Below the pieces are notes generated by a model. It was not told where the DNA came from. It did no database searches and saw only the letters and a list, made by a program, of their open reading frames with translations. Positions 1 to 8,393 of a stretch of DNA of 51,070 nt are shown here, one piece after another. A program made the position numbers and the translations under genes. The stretch comes from an uncultured Gammaproteobacteria bacterium (GTDB taxonomy: Bacteria; Patescibacteriota; Microgenomatia; UBA8517). Location of the stretch: the NCBI GenBank assembly GCA_964396785.1, contig CAYNFU010000003.1, forward strand, positions 1-51,070, read 5' to 3'. Each line of letters begins with the position of its first letter. The first letter of the stretch is position 1.

Positions 1-70
1 ATGGAACGGTACGGTCCTTGGTGACCGTCATAACCATGGCAGATTTTTTCTTAGTTACTTCTGCTGGCAT
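1..70 (-). CDS. 5' end of an unidentified CDS that runs off the left edge (visible: MPAEVTKKKSAMVMTVTKDRTVP...)
   Basis: ATG at 68-70 on the minus strand, open to position 1. It occupies the slot where fusA follows rpsG in the classical str operon. Only 23 codons are visible, so identity is not established. Confidence 0.3.
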   Translation of the reverse strand, partial: MPAEVTKKKSAMVMTVTKDRTVP

Positions 71-87
71 ATTAATAATTATCGCAC

Positions 88-113
88 AAAAAACCGGAAG
101 ACTATCCTTCCGG
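88..113 (-). terminator. Rho-independent terminator after rpsG
   Basis: Minus strand reads CCGGAAG-gatagt-CTTCCGG (perfect 7-bp stem, 6-nt loop) followed directly by TTTTTT. It lies 18 nt after the rpsG stop. Confidence 0.6.
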
Positions 114-130
114 AGAATAAATGGAAAAAT

Positions 131-610
131 TTACCACCTAAAATGACTGAATGCACGGTTGGCCTCAGCTACTCTCTCCATATCCTGGCGTTTTTTAACC
201 GCCGCTCCCTCCCCGTTTGAGGCAGCCATAATCTCTGCCGCAAGCTTCTCGCCAAACGTATGAAATTCCGAATTGGAACGGTCCTGTGCGGCTTTGATTA
301 GCCACCTAATCCCTAGGGACTCTCGTCTAGGACCGCGGACACTCATTGGTACCTGGTAAGCCGCACCCCCAACTCTTCTGGGACGCACTTCCATTGTGGG
401 CTTAATATTCTCAAGGGCTGAATTAAAAACTTTGAGTGCGTCGTCTTCCGCTTTTTCCTTAATCAGCTCAAATGCCCTATAGACCTCCTTCTCGGCAACA
501 CTCTTTTTACCATCCCTCATTATCCTATTTACAAGCTTTGTCACTACCTTATTCCCATAAATAGGGTCCAAGGGAATTTTTCTTTCTCTTACTGGGCCTT
601 TTCTTCCCAT
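131..610 (-). CDS. rpsG: 30S ribosomal protein S7
   Basis: 159 aa. Begins MGRKGPVRERKIPLDPIYGN..VTKLVNRIMRDGKKSVAEK and ends ..ANRAFSHFRW, which is typical S7. Immediately downstream of rpsL. Confidence 0.97.
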   Translation of the reverse strand: MGRKGPVRERKIPLDPIYGNKVVTKLVNRIMRDGKKSVAEKEVYRAFELIKEKAEDDALKVFNSALENIKPTMEVRPRRVGGAAYQVPMSVRGPRRESLGIRWLIKAAQDRSNSEFHTFGEKLAAEIMAASNGEGAAVKKRQDMERVAEANRAFSHFRW

Positions 611-613
611 ATA

Positions 614-1093
614 TTAAGCGGGTGTCTCCGTAGGCGTAGGTTCGGCTGCTACTGGAGCTGCCGCTTTTTGTGCCATGGGAGTACCCCCTCCTTTCTTTGC
701 GCCATATCTGCTTCTTCCGGCTTTCCTTCCCACAACTCCCGTCGTATCGTATTTGCCCCGTACAACCTGATATTTGACCCCGGCTAGGTCTTTGACCCTT
801 CCACTGCGAACTAATACTATCGAATGCTCAGCGAGCTCGTGTCCCTCACCGGGAATATATGCCGTTATTTCCTGTTTATTGGAAAGCCTTACCCTCGCCA
901 CTTTTCGGAGTGCCGAATTTGGCTTTCTGGGAGTCATTGTTCGCACAGCCAAGACTACCCCCCTCTTAAATGGGGAGGCTACTTCTCCAAACTTTCTGTC
1001 TTTTGCAGAAAACCAGCGCCTTAGAGCCGCTGTTTTGGTCTTCTTGACTATCCTTTTTCTGCCGTGCCTAACTAGTTGAGAAATTGTTGGCAT
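614..1093 (-). CDS. rpsL: 30S ribosomal protein S12, with an internal insertion and a C-terminal tail
   Basis: MPTISQLVR..., [37 protein letters not shown] and GRSRYGAKK are canonical S12 blocks. Length is 159 aa versus about 124 aa normally. Confidence 0.97.
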   Translation of the reverse strand: MPTISQLVRHGRKRIVKKTKTAALRRWFSAKDRKFGEVASPFKRGVVLAVRTMTPRKPNSALRKVARVRLSNKQEITAYIPGEGHELAEHSIVLVRSGRVKDLAGVKYQVVRGKYDTTGVVGRKAGRSRYGAKKGGGTPMAQKAAAPVAAEPTPTETPA

Positions 1094-1104
1094 AAATTGC
1101 TATT

Positions 1105-4100
1105 CTATAATGAACCTGCCTTTAGCGGCAACCCTTCACTCTTGGCAACTTCTTCTTTTACCACCACTTCCTGTCCGGACATTATAAGAGCCGCCCTCTC
1201 GGGAGTAACGGGGATGAGGCGCCCGATAATAACATTTTCTTTGAGTCCCAAAAGCCTGTCTTCCCGCCCCAATAGAGCCGATTCGGTCAATACGTCAGTT
1301 GTCTGCTCGAATGACGCTGCCGATAGCCAGGACTCCGTGTAGAGGGCGCGTCGGGTAATTCCAAGTACTACCTGTTGAGCACTCGCCGGCTCTCCCCCGG
1401 CTGCCAGAACTTTTTCATTTTCCTCCTCAAAGGTAGCCTTTTCGACTATTTCTCCAGGGAGAAGATGCGTATCTCCCGGGGTAACGATCCTAACTTCGTC
1501 ACTCATTTTCCTGACAATCACCTCAAAGTGCTTGTCATTTATGGGAATTCCTTGGGACTCATAAACCTTTTGTATTTCATGCACGAGATACTCTTGGGAT
1601 TCCCTAAGCCCCCTTATCGAAAGAATTTCTTTGATATCAAGTGCCCCCGCAGCAAGCTGGGTTCCTGCGTCAATTAGCTGCTTATCAGAAACCGCCAGTT
1701 TTACGGTCTTTGGGATAAGATAGTTTCTTTCCTCAATCGGCTTCATCTCGGTATTTGTGACCGTCACCTTCCAACCTTCTTCTGTCTCGGCTACCCTCAC
1801 CTTACCCGGGATTTCGGAAAGAGGAGAAAGGGCTTTGGGAGTTCTTGCTTCAAAAAGCTCCTCCACTCGGGGAAGTCCCTGGGTAACGTCGAGCCCAACA
1901 ATTCCACCAGAGTGCTTGGTCTTTAAGGTAAGCTGAGTTCCTGGCTCTCCAATTGATTGAGCCGCAATTACCCCAACCGGGGTTCCCAATTCCACATATT
2001 TTTTATTGGATAGGTCTAGTCCATAACATTTGGAACAAAGTCCGTATCTTGACGTACAGGTAAGGGGAGAGCGAACAATAACTTCAGTAATCCCTGCAGC
2101 TTCTATTTCAGAAGCTTTCTCCTCGGAAATTACTTCACCTTTAGGAACTATAACCTTGCCTCGTGGTGTGGTTATATCATCAAGCCCTACCCTGCCTATA
2201 ATTCTTGAGCTAAAAACGCTGGGTCGGATACTCTTTTTGATGGCAAAACCCTCGCTGGTTCCGCAATCGTCAATCCTAATTATCATATCGTGGGCAACGT
2301 CAACTAACCTACGGGTAAGATATCCCGCGTCTGCTGTTTTTAATGCTGTGTCGGTTAGACCCTTTCGGGATCCCCTTGAGGATGTAACATATTCGAATAC
2401 CGATAGCCCCTCCCTAAAGTTAGACTTAACCGGAAGCTCAACGATTTTCCCTAAAGGGTCAACAATTAGACCACGAATTGCCGCAAGCTGTTTCAATTGA
2501 TCACGCGAGACTCGTCCAGCTTTCGCCTCAATTACGACCTTAATAGGATTATCATCATCCATCGCCTCCCAGGTTTTGTCTGCCAACTCCTCTGTAGCTT
2601 CTATCCAAACCTCGGTAGAAAGGCGTTTTCTTTCCTCTACCGTAATTAGCCCATTAGTAAAGTTCTTTTCAATCTCTGCTACACGACCTTCCGCCTCCTT
2701 CAAAAGTTCATTTTTTTGGGGTAAAACCTCGGCGTCGAAAATTCCGAAAGATAGACCCGAGACGGTGCCTCCCATAAATCCGAGCGTCTTTATTGCGTCG
2801 ACCATTTCAACTACCCTCGCTTTCTCCAGGGAATCATAGGCTTCGGTAAAGAGTTTCTTAATAACTCCAGAGTTAACGGGTTCATTCACATAAGGGAATG
2901 TCTCCGGTAAAACCTCGTTAAAAAGAACACGTCCTACGGTTGTCTCTATAATTTTTCCGTCAAGCCTTAAAGAAATTTTCTGCCTAAGCTCGAGTTTGCC
3001 CGCCTGAAATGCCATTATCGCCTCGTTTACGTCGCCAAAAATAGTCTCGGAGGCGGGAATCCTTTTGTCTTCGCTAGTAAAATAATAAACCCCTAGTGCC
3101 ATCTCTTTTGAGGAAGGCGTAGAAATTGGCGATCCGTCGGCGGGTCTTAGTAAGTTATTCTCAGGCATCATTAAGTTTTTTGCTTCTTCTATTGCTTTAT
3201 TGGAAAGAGGCACATGAACAGCCATTTGGTCTCCGTCAAAGTCGGCACCAAAACCTGAACAAACTGCGGGGTGAATCCTTATGGCGCTACCCTCAATCAA
3301 AACCGGATAAAATGCTTGAATTGAGAGCTTGTGCAAGGTGGGAGCCCTATTTAGAAGTACCGGGTGGTTTTTGGTAATTTCCTCCAAAATGTCAAAAACC
3401 TCTGGCGGCTTTTTGTCGAGCATGTTTTTGGCACTTTTAACATTGGGGGCAATTCCTCGAGATATCATCTCCCTTAGTACAAAAGGCTTAAACATTTCAA
3501 GTGCCATATCTTTGGGAAGTCCGCATTGGGAAAGCTTAAGCTCGGGCCCTACAATAATTACGCTTCTTCCCGAATAATCGACCCTCTTACCCAAAAGATT
3601 TTGTCTGAATCTTCCTTGCTTTCCGCGAAGCATGTCAGAAAGACTTCTTAATACCTGCTTTCCACGGCCCCTCCTTGTAGCCTTTCTTTGTGAAGCGTCA
3701 ATTAGTGAGTCGACCGCCTCCTGAAGCATTCTCTTTTCGTTTCTTAGAATAATCTCTGGTGCACCAAGGGCAATTAGGTGTTTAAGACGATTATTTCTAT
3801 TGATTACTCTCCTATAAAGGTCGTTAAGGTCGCTTGTAGCAAAGCGGCCACCTGATAGCTGAACCATGGGTCTTAGGTCAGGAGGAAGAACCGGCAAGAC
3901 CTTAAGTATCATCCAAGAAGGATGAATTCCCGTCCTTCTTAATCCGTCAATAATTTTTAGTCTTTTGGCAAGCTTAATGTACTTTGTAGTTGCTCCTTTA
4001 ACGTCTTCTATTTCGGTTCTAAGAGCGGCTGCCATCTCCTCGATATTTACTTTCTCGACCGCGGAAAGAACTGCTTCAGCTCCCATTTTTGCGACCATAA

Positions 4101-4893
4101 AACTCGCCGCCCCGTGGCTTGCAAGTTCGTCGTACTCCTCCTCTGACAAAACGGACATTGGGCGAAGATTTTTGACAAGGGACATAAGGTTGTCAAAAAG
4201 TTGGCCTGTTTTTTCTAGAGTTCCTTTCTCCTCCTCGGTAACCGCTGCTTCTTTTTTTCTCGCGTCAAGGTCGATCTCAGAAATGGCCAAAGACGCCTGT
4301 TCCTTATCTTTAACCTTCCCTTTAATCTTTTCTTTGGCATCTTCCGCCTCGGAAGAGAGTACCTCTTTTTTTGCCTTGAAGGATTCTATAATTTCTTTTT
4401 CCCTACCTTCCCTAACTTTCTTAAGGGCAACCATTGCACCTTCCTTTTCTTTATCGTTGACCTCTGTAACCAGATATCTTGCAAAATAAATAACTTGCTC
4501 AATTGCCCTTGGGGGGACATTAAGGACCAAAGAGATTTTCGAAGGGGCCCCTTTGAAAAACCAAACATGAACAACCGGAGTGGCAAGAGTTATGTGGCCC
4601 ATTCTTTCGCGTCTTACCCTTGATTGGGTAACCTCTACCCCACACTTGTCACAAATTACCCCTTTATACCTTATCCTTTTATATTTCCCACAATAACACT
4701 CCCAGTCCTTAGTGGGCCCAAATATTCGCTCGTCAAAAAGTCCGTCTTTTTCGGGTTTTAAGGTTCTATAATTTATTGTCTCGGGTTTTGTAATCTCTCC
4801 CCTTGACCACCTTCTGACTTCCTCAGGAGAGGCTAGCTTGATTACCAAACTTTTAAAGTCAACTAGGTTTCTGAGGTCCGATAGTTGTTCCAT
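1105..4893 (-). CDS. rpoC: DNA-directed RNA polymerase subunit beta-prime
   Basis: 1262 aa. Has the zinc-binding CYCGKY..CDKCGVEV, the catalytic GADFDGDQMAVHVPLS, and trigger-loop/bridge-helix-like blocks. Its ATG overlaps the rpoB stop (TAATG). Confidence 0.98.
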   Translation of the reverse strand: MEQLSDLRNLVDFKSLVIKLASPEEVRRWSRGEITKPETINYRTLKPEKDGLFDERIFGPTKDWECYCGKYKRIRYKGVICDKCGVEVTQSRVRRERMGHITLATPVVHVWFFKGAPSKISLVLNVPPRAIEQVIYFARYLVTEVNDKEKEGAMVALKKVREGREKEIIESFKAKKEVLSSEAEDAKEKIKGKVKDKEQASLAISEIDLDARKKEAAVTEEEKGTLEKTGQLFDNLMSLVKNLRPMSVLSEEEYDELASHGAASFMVAKMGAEAVLSAVEKVNIEEMAAALRTEIEDVKGATTKYIKLAKRLKIIDGLRRTGIHPSWMILKVLPVLPPDLRPMVQLSGGRFATSDLNDLYRRVINRNNRLKHLIALGAPEIILRNEKRMLQEAVDSLIDASQRKATRRGRGKQVLRSLSDMLRGKQGRFRQNLLGKRVDYSGRSVIIVGPELKLSQCGLPKDMALEMFKPFVLREMISRGIAPNVKSAKNMLDKKPPEVFDILEEITKNHPVLLNRAPTLHKLSIQAFYPVLIEGSAIRIHPAVCSGFGADFDGDQMAVHVPLSNKAIEEAKNLMMPENNLLRPADGSPISTPSSKEMALGVYYFTSEDKRIPASETIFGDVNEAIMAFQAGKLELRQKISLRLDGKIIETTVGRVLFNEVLPETFPYVNEPVNSGVIKKLFTEAYDSLEKARVVEMVDAIKTLGFMGGTVSGLSFGIFDAEVLPQKNELLKEAEGRVAEIEKNFTNGLITVEERKRLSTEVWIEATEELADKTWEAMDDDNPIKVVIEAKAGRVSRDQLKQLAAIRGLIVDPLGKIVELPVKSNFREGLSVFEYVTSSRGSRKGLTDTALKTADAGYLTRRLVDVAHDMIIRIDDCGTSEGFAIKKSIRPSVFSSRIIGRVGLDDITTPRGKVIVPKGEVISEEKASEIEAAGITEVIVRSPLTCTSRYGLCSKCYGLDLSNKKYVELGTPVGVIAAQSIGEPGTQLTLKTKHSGGIVGLDVTQGLPRVEELFEARTPKALSPLSEIPGKVRVAETEEGWKVTVTNTEMKPIEERNYLIPKTVKLAVSDKQLIDAGTQLAAGALDIKEILSIRGLRESQEYLVHEIQKVYESQGIPINDKHFEVIVRKMSDEVRIVTPGDTHLLPGEIVEKATFEEENEKVLAAGGEPASAQQVVLGITRRALYTESWLSAASFEQTTDVLTESALLGREDRLLGLKENVIIGRLIPVTPERAALIMSGQEVVVKEEVAKSEGLPLKAGSL

Positions 4894-7800
4894 TATACTT
4901 TTCCCTCCTCAATTTCCATTGGTCCCCCCGGAGCGGTTAGCTCCTCGGTTGCAACTACCTCAGCCCCGGCTGCTTGGGCTAGTTCCTCGGCCTGACTTCC
5001 CACTTCCTCTTCTTCTTTAGCGGCAACAGCGCCTTTTGCATCCAACGAAAGTCCCAGTGAATTTAATTCTCTAACTAGTACCTTAAACGACTCGGGAACC
5101 GTGGCTTCAGGTATATCTACCCCCTTAACAATCGCCTCAAATGCCCGGGCGCGACCTAGAATGTCGTCGGACTTTATAGTAAGCATCTCCTGAAGTACGT
5201 ATGCTGCGCGGTGAGCTTCGAGTCCCCAAACCTCCATCTCACCCAAGCGCTGCCCTCCCATTTGGGCTTTTCCACCAAGTGGCTGTTGGGTTACCAAAGA
5301 ATATGGCCCGGTTGAGCGGGCGTGAGTTTTATCCTCGACCATATGATGAAGTTTCATTATGTAGCTAATCCCTATGACGGTATCTTCCTTAAATGGTTCA
5401 CCGCTTCTGCCGTCAAAAAGTCTTGCCTTACCCGAAACGGGGAGACCAACATCTTTAAGTTCCTTAGTAATTAATTCCTCACCTATTTTGTCAAAAACCG
5501 GGAGCGATGCCTTTTCACCCTTTTTGGAAAGAGCCCAGCCAAGATGGCACTCAAGAAGTTGCCCGAGGTTCATTCTAGCAAGGACCGAAAGTGGTGAGAT
5601 TACGATATCAATCACCGTTCCGTCTGCCAAATACGGCATGTCGGCAACGGGCATAATTTTTGAAATTACTCCCTTGTTTCCGTGGCGTCCCGCAACCTTA
5701 TCACCCACGGTAATTTTTCTCATTTGGGCAGCCTTGACAATTACTTTTCTTATTACCCCCGGGCCCAGTTCGTCTCCCTTTTCGCGGTCTAAGATACTAA
5801 CATCAACCACAATCCCCCGCTCTCCGTGCGGGACGCGAAGAGAGGTGTCTCGAACCTCCCGCGCCTTCTCTCCGAATATTGCCCTTAAAAGTCTCTCCTC
5901 CGAGGTTAGCTCCGTCTCTCCTTTTGGAGCAATTTTTCCAACCAAAATATCATTAGGGCCAACTTCCGCCCCAATAACCACAATCCCATCCTCCGCCAAG
6001 TTGGCAAGTTCAGCCTCTGAAACGTTGGGGATGTCCCGGGTTAACTCTTCGGGTCCCAGTTTGGTATCAACCACCTCAGCCTCGTATTCTTCAATATGAA
6101 TTGACGTTAATAAGTCTGCCTTAACTAACCTATCGGATACCAAAATCGCATCTTCAAAACCATATCCGTCAAGAGAGGTATAAGCGATAACCAAATTTTT
6201 CCCCAGGGCAAGCTCTCCCGAATCAACCGCCGGCCCGTCTGCCAAAAGATCTCCTTCCTTAACCTTATCTCCCGGAGCGACTCTCACTTTTTGGTTGTAA
6301 CATGTCGAGTGCGAAGTCCTTCTAAATTTTGTTAAAGAATAAACCTCCCGCCTGCCACCGTCTGTTACTTCAACGTCTTCCAAATTCGACCCTTCGGCTT
6401 TCTTATCAAGTTTTACTACTATTTTTTCGGAATCCGCATATTCGACGCGCCCAGGGTGGAGAGCCCTTATCATTCTTCCCATTCCCTTGGCAATTTCTTC
6501 TTCCATTCCGGTTCCAACGTAAGGAGTTTCGGGTGAAACTAGCGGAACCGCCTGGCACTGCATGTTAGACCCCATGAGAGCCCTATTTCCTTCGTCGTGG
6601 GCCAGGAAAGGAATGAGGGATGCGGAGGCCCCAACCACCTGTCTTGGAGTAACGTCAATAAGATCGATAAGCTCTTTGGGTCCTTCAATAAAGCTTCCTT
6701 TGTATCTTAGGGGGACTCTTGCGTCAATTACCTCTCCCCGGCTGTCAATTCCAATCCCCGAATGAGTAACGTAATAATCTTCTTCATCGTCAGCCGTTAT
6801 ATAGATAACCTCGTCAGTTACTTTAACTTTTGTCTTTCTGCCGAATTTTACCTTTTCAACCTTTCTATACGGGGCTTCTAAAAAGCCGAATTCATTTATC
6901 CTCGCGTAAAGCGCAAGATGGGTAACGAGTCCTATATTTGGTCCTTCGGGAGATTTTACCGGATCGATTCGGCCGTATTGTGAAGAATTGACGTCTCTTA
7001 TCGAGAAGCTTGCCCTCTCGCGATTTATACCTCCCTGACCAAGTACGGAAACCTTCCTCAAGTTTTCAATTTCAGACAAGGGATTTGTATCGTCTAGTAT
7101 GGTGGAAAGTTGGTTTGATCGGAAGAATTCATTGAGGGACGCAATTAGGGGGCGGGCATTAATTAAACTAGCCGGGAGGGGCTTATCATTGGGAGAAATT
7201 AGACTCATTTTCTCCTTGACGCTTCGCTCAAGTCTAAGTAGCCCCACCCGAAAAGCATTTGTGGCGACGAGCTCTCCGACACGCCTTAAGCGTCTATTTC
7301 CCAGATGATCAATGTCATCCACCCTGCCCTTCCCGTTTTGCAGGTTAATAAGGTAAGTTAGTGCTCCGATTATGTCTTGGCGAGTAAGAATCCAAGTCGC
7401 TTTTTCATTTGGAAGGGTTAAACTCAAGCGCTTATTTATCTTGAATCGGCCGACTTTTCCCAAGCTATAGCGTCGGGGATCAAAAAATAGTCCATTTGCC
7501 AAGGCGTCGGCATTGTCAAGTACAACCGGCTCCCCAGGTCTCATTTTTCGGTAAACCTCAAGAAGTGCCTCTTCTCGACTTTTTGACGGGTCTTTTTCCA
7601 GAGTTTTACCTATATATTTGTGGATTGCATCGGTATCAATGCTTGCGAATGCTTCCGTTATTTCAGCGTCAGTAGTTAAGCCTAAAATTCTAAGAAGAAC
7701 CGTTGCGGTTACTTTTCTACGTCTGTCGATCCTGGCTGCAATTACGTCGTTTCTTCCAACCTCAAATTCCAGCCAAGTCCCGTGCAAGGGGCGTACCTCA

Positions 7801-8267
7801 GCTTTATAGAGCATCCTGCCTGAGGACGGTTCAAGTTCTCCCGAGAAATAAACGCCGGGGGAGCGGACTATCTGATTAATTACGGCTCTTTCAATGCCGT
7901 TTATGATAAAGGTTCCCCGAGAAGTCATTTGAGGAATGTCTCCCAAAAAAACTTCCTGAGAAACTTCTTTGCCGGTTCTTTTGTTAATAAGATTCGCATT
8001 AATTTTAAGGGGAGATGAGTATGTCAAACCTTTTTCTTGAGAAGAGCGGGGGGAACTCCCTGGGAGTCCAAGGCTGGGGTCTTTGAGAACGAGTTGCCAA
8101 TTCTTACCCGTAAAGTCTTCAATCGGAGAAATTTCAATAAGTTCTTCGGAGATGCCCTGAGTCAAAAACCATTGCCACGATTCTCTTTGGATGAGCGATA
8201 AATCAAGCTCTGGTAAATTTTTTTCTGGTTTTCCAAAATTTCGGCGGTTTAGTGTTTTTGCGACCAT
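4893..8267 (-). CDS. rpoB: DNA-directed RNA polymerase subunit beta
   Basis: 1124 aa. Contains GTFIINGIERAVINQIVRSPGVYF, the rifampicin-cluster-like QLSTILDDTNPLSEI..RKVS.LG.GG, GRHGNKGVISKI and LGEMEVW blocks. Confidence 0.98.
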   Translation of the reverse strand: MVAKTLNRRNFGKPEKNLPELDLSLIQRESWQWFLTQGISEELIEISPIEDFTGKNWQLVLKDPSLGLPGSSPRSSQEKGLTYSSPLKINANLINKRTGKEVSQEVFLGDIPQMTSRGTFIINGIERAVINQIVRSPGVYFSGELEPSSGRMLYKAEVRPLHGTWLEFEVGRNDVIAARIDRRRKVTATVLLRILGLTTDAEITEAFASIDTDAIHKYIGKTLEKDPSKSREEALLEVYRKMRPGEPVVLDNADALANGLFFDPRRYSLGKVGRFKINKRLSLTLPNEKATWILTRQDIIGALTYLINLQNGKGRVDDIDHLGNRRLRRVGELVATNAFRVGLLRLERSVKEKMSLISPNDKPLPASLINARPLIASLNEFFRSNQLSTILDDTNPLSEIENLRKVSVLGQGGINRERASFSIRDVNSSQYGRIDPVKSPEGPNIGLVTHLALYARINEFGFLEAPYRKVEKVKFGRKTKVKVTDEVIYITADDEEDYYVTHSGIGIDSRGEVIDARVPLRYKGSFIEGPKELIDLIDVTPRQVVGASASLIPFLAHDEGNRALMGSNMQCQAVPLVSPETPYVGTGMEEEIAKGMGRMIRALHPGRVEYADSEKIVVKLDKKAEGSNLEDVEVTDGGRREVYSLTKFRRTSHSTCYNQKVRVAPGDKVKEGDLLADGPAVDSGELALGKNLVIAYTSLDGYGFEDAILVSDRLVKADLLTSIHIEEYEAEVVDTKLGPEELTRDIPNVSEAELANLAEDGIVVIGAEVGPNDILVGKIAPKGETELTSEERLLRAIFGEKAREVRDTSLRVPHGERGIVVDVSILDREKGDELGPGVIRKVIVKAAQMRKITVGDKVAGRHGNKGVISKIMPVADMPYLADGTVIDIVISPLSVLARMNLGQLLECHLGWALSKKGEKASLPVFDKIGEELITKELKDVGLPVSGKARLFDGRSGEPFKEDTVIGISYIMKLHHMVEDKTHARSTGPYSLVTQQPLGGKAQMGGQRLGEMEVWGLEAHRAAYVLQEMLTIKSDDILGRARAFEAIVKGVDIPEATVPESFKVLVRELNSLGLSLDAKGAVAAKEEEEVGSQAEELAQAAGAEVVATEELTAPGGPMEIEEGKV

Positions 8268-8285
8268 CGGTTTTTATGGAATTTT

Positions 8286-8317
8286 CAACACAAAATCCCC
8301 GCTAAAGGATGCGGGAT
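8286..8317 (-). promoter_or_regulatory. Terminator-like hairpin in the rpoB 5' leader (possible attenuator)
   Basis: Minus strand reads AUCCCGC-auccuuua-GCGGGGAU (5-7 bp stem with one bulge) followed by UUUGUGUUG. It lies between the predicted rpoB promoter and the ATG. Confidence 0.4.
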
Positions 8318-8345
8318 GAGCGTAACCTAAGTACGCCTAGAGAGG

Positions 8346-8373
8346 ATTATATCCAAATAGTTGGCCTTGTCAA
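8346..8373 (-). promoter_or_regulatory. Sigma-70-type promoter for rpoB-rpoC-rpsL-rpsG
   Basis: Minus strand has TTGACA (8368-8373), a 16-nt spacer, then TATAAT (8346-8351), about 78 nt upstream of the rpoB ATG. Confidence 0.55.
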
Positions 8374-8393
8374 TAGTTCAATTATAAGCGGGC

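Noticed and set aside
3965-4489. 174-aa plus-strand ORF antisense to rpoC. Similar long antisense ORFs occur at 2030-2500, 5374-6099 (241 aa, antisense to rpoB), 13098-13550, 18251-18976 (241 aa, antisense to ftsK), 19049-19606, 26249-26635, 27020-27406, 29458-29835 and 30705-30989.
   Set aside because: All lie fully inside strongly supported conserved genes on the opposite strand. Their translations are Ser/Pro/Thr/Leu/Phe-rich low-complexity strings with no motifs, and none has a promoter or RBS context. These are typical shadow ORFs produced by codon bias of the real gene.
8381-8386. A second TATAAT (minus strand) just upstream of the rpoB -35 box, considered as an additional promoter.
   Set aside because: The corresponding -35 position falls in the end of the 397-aa ORF and reads TTCTTC, a poor match. 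The downstream TTGACA-N16-TATAAT element is much stronger.
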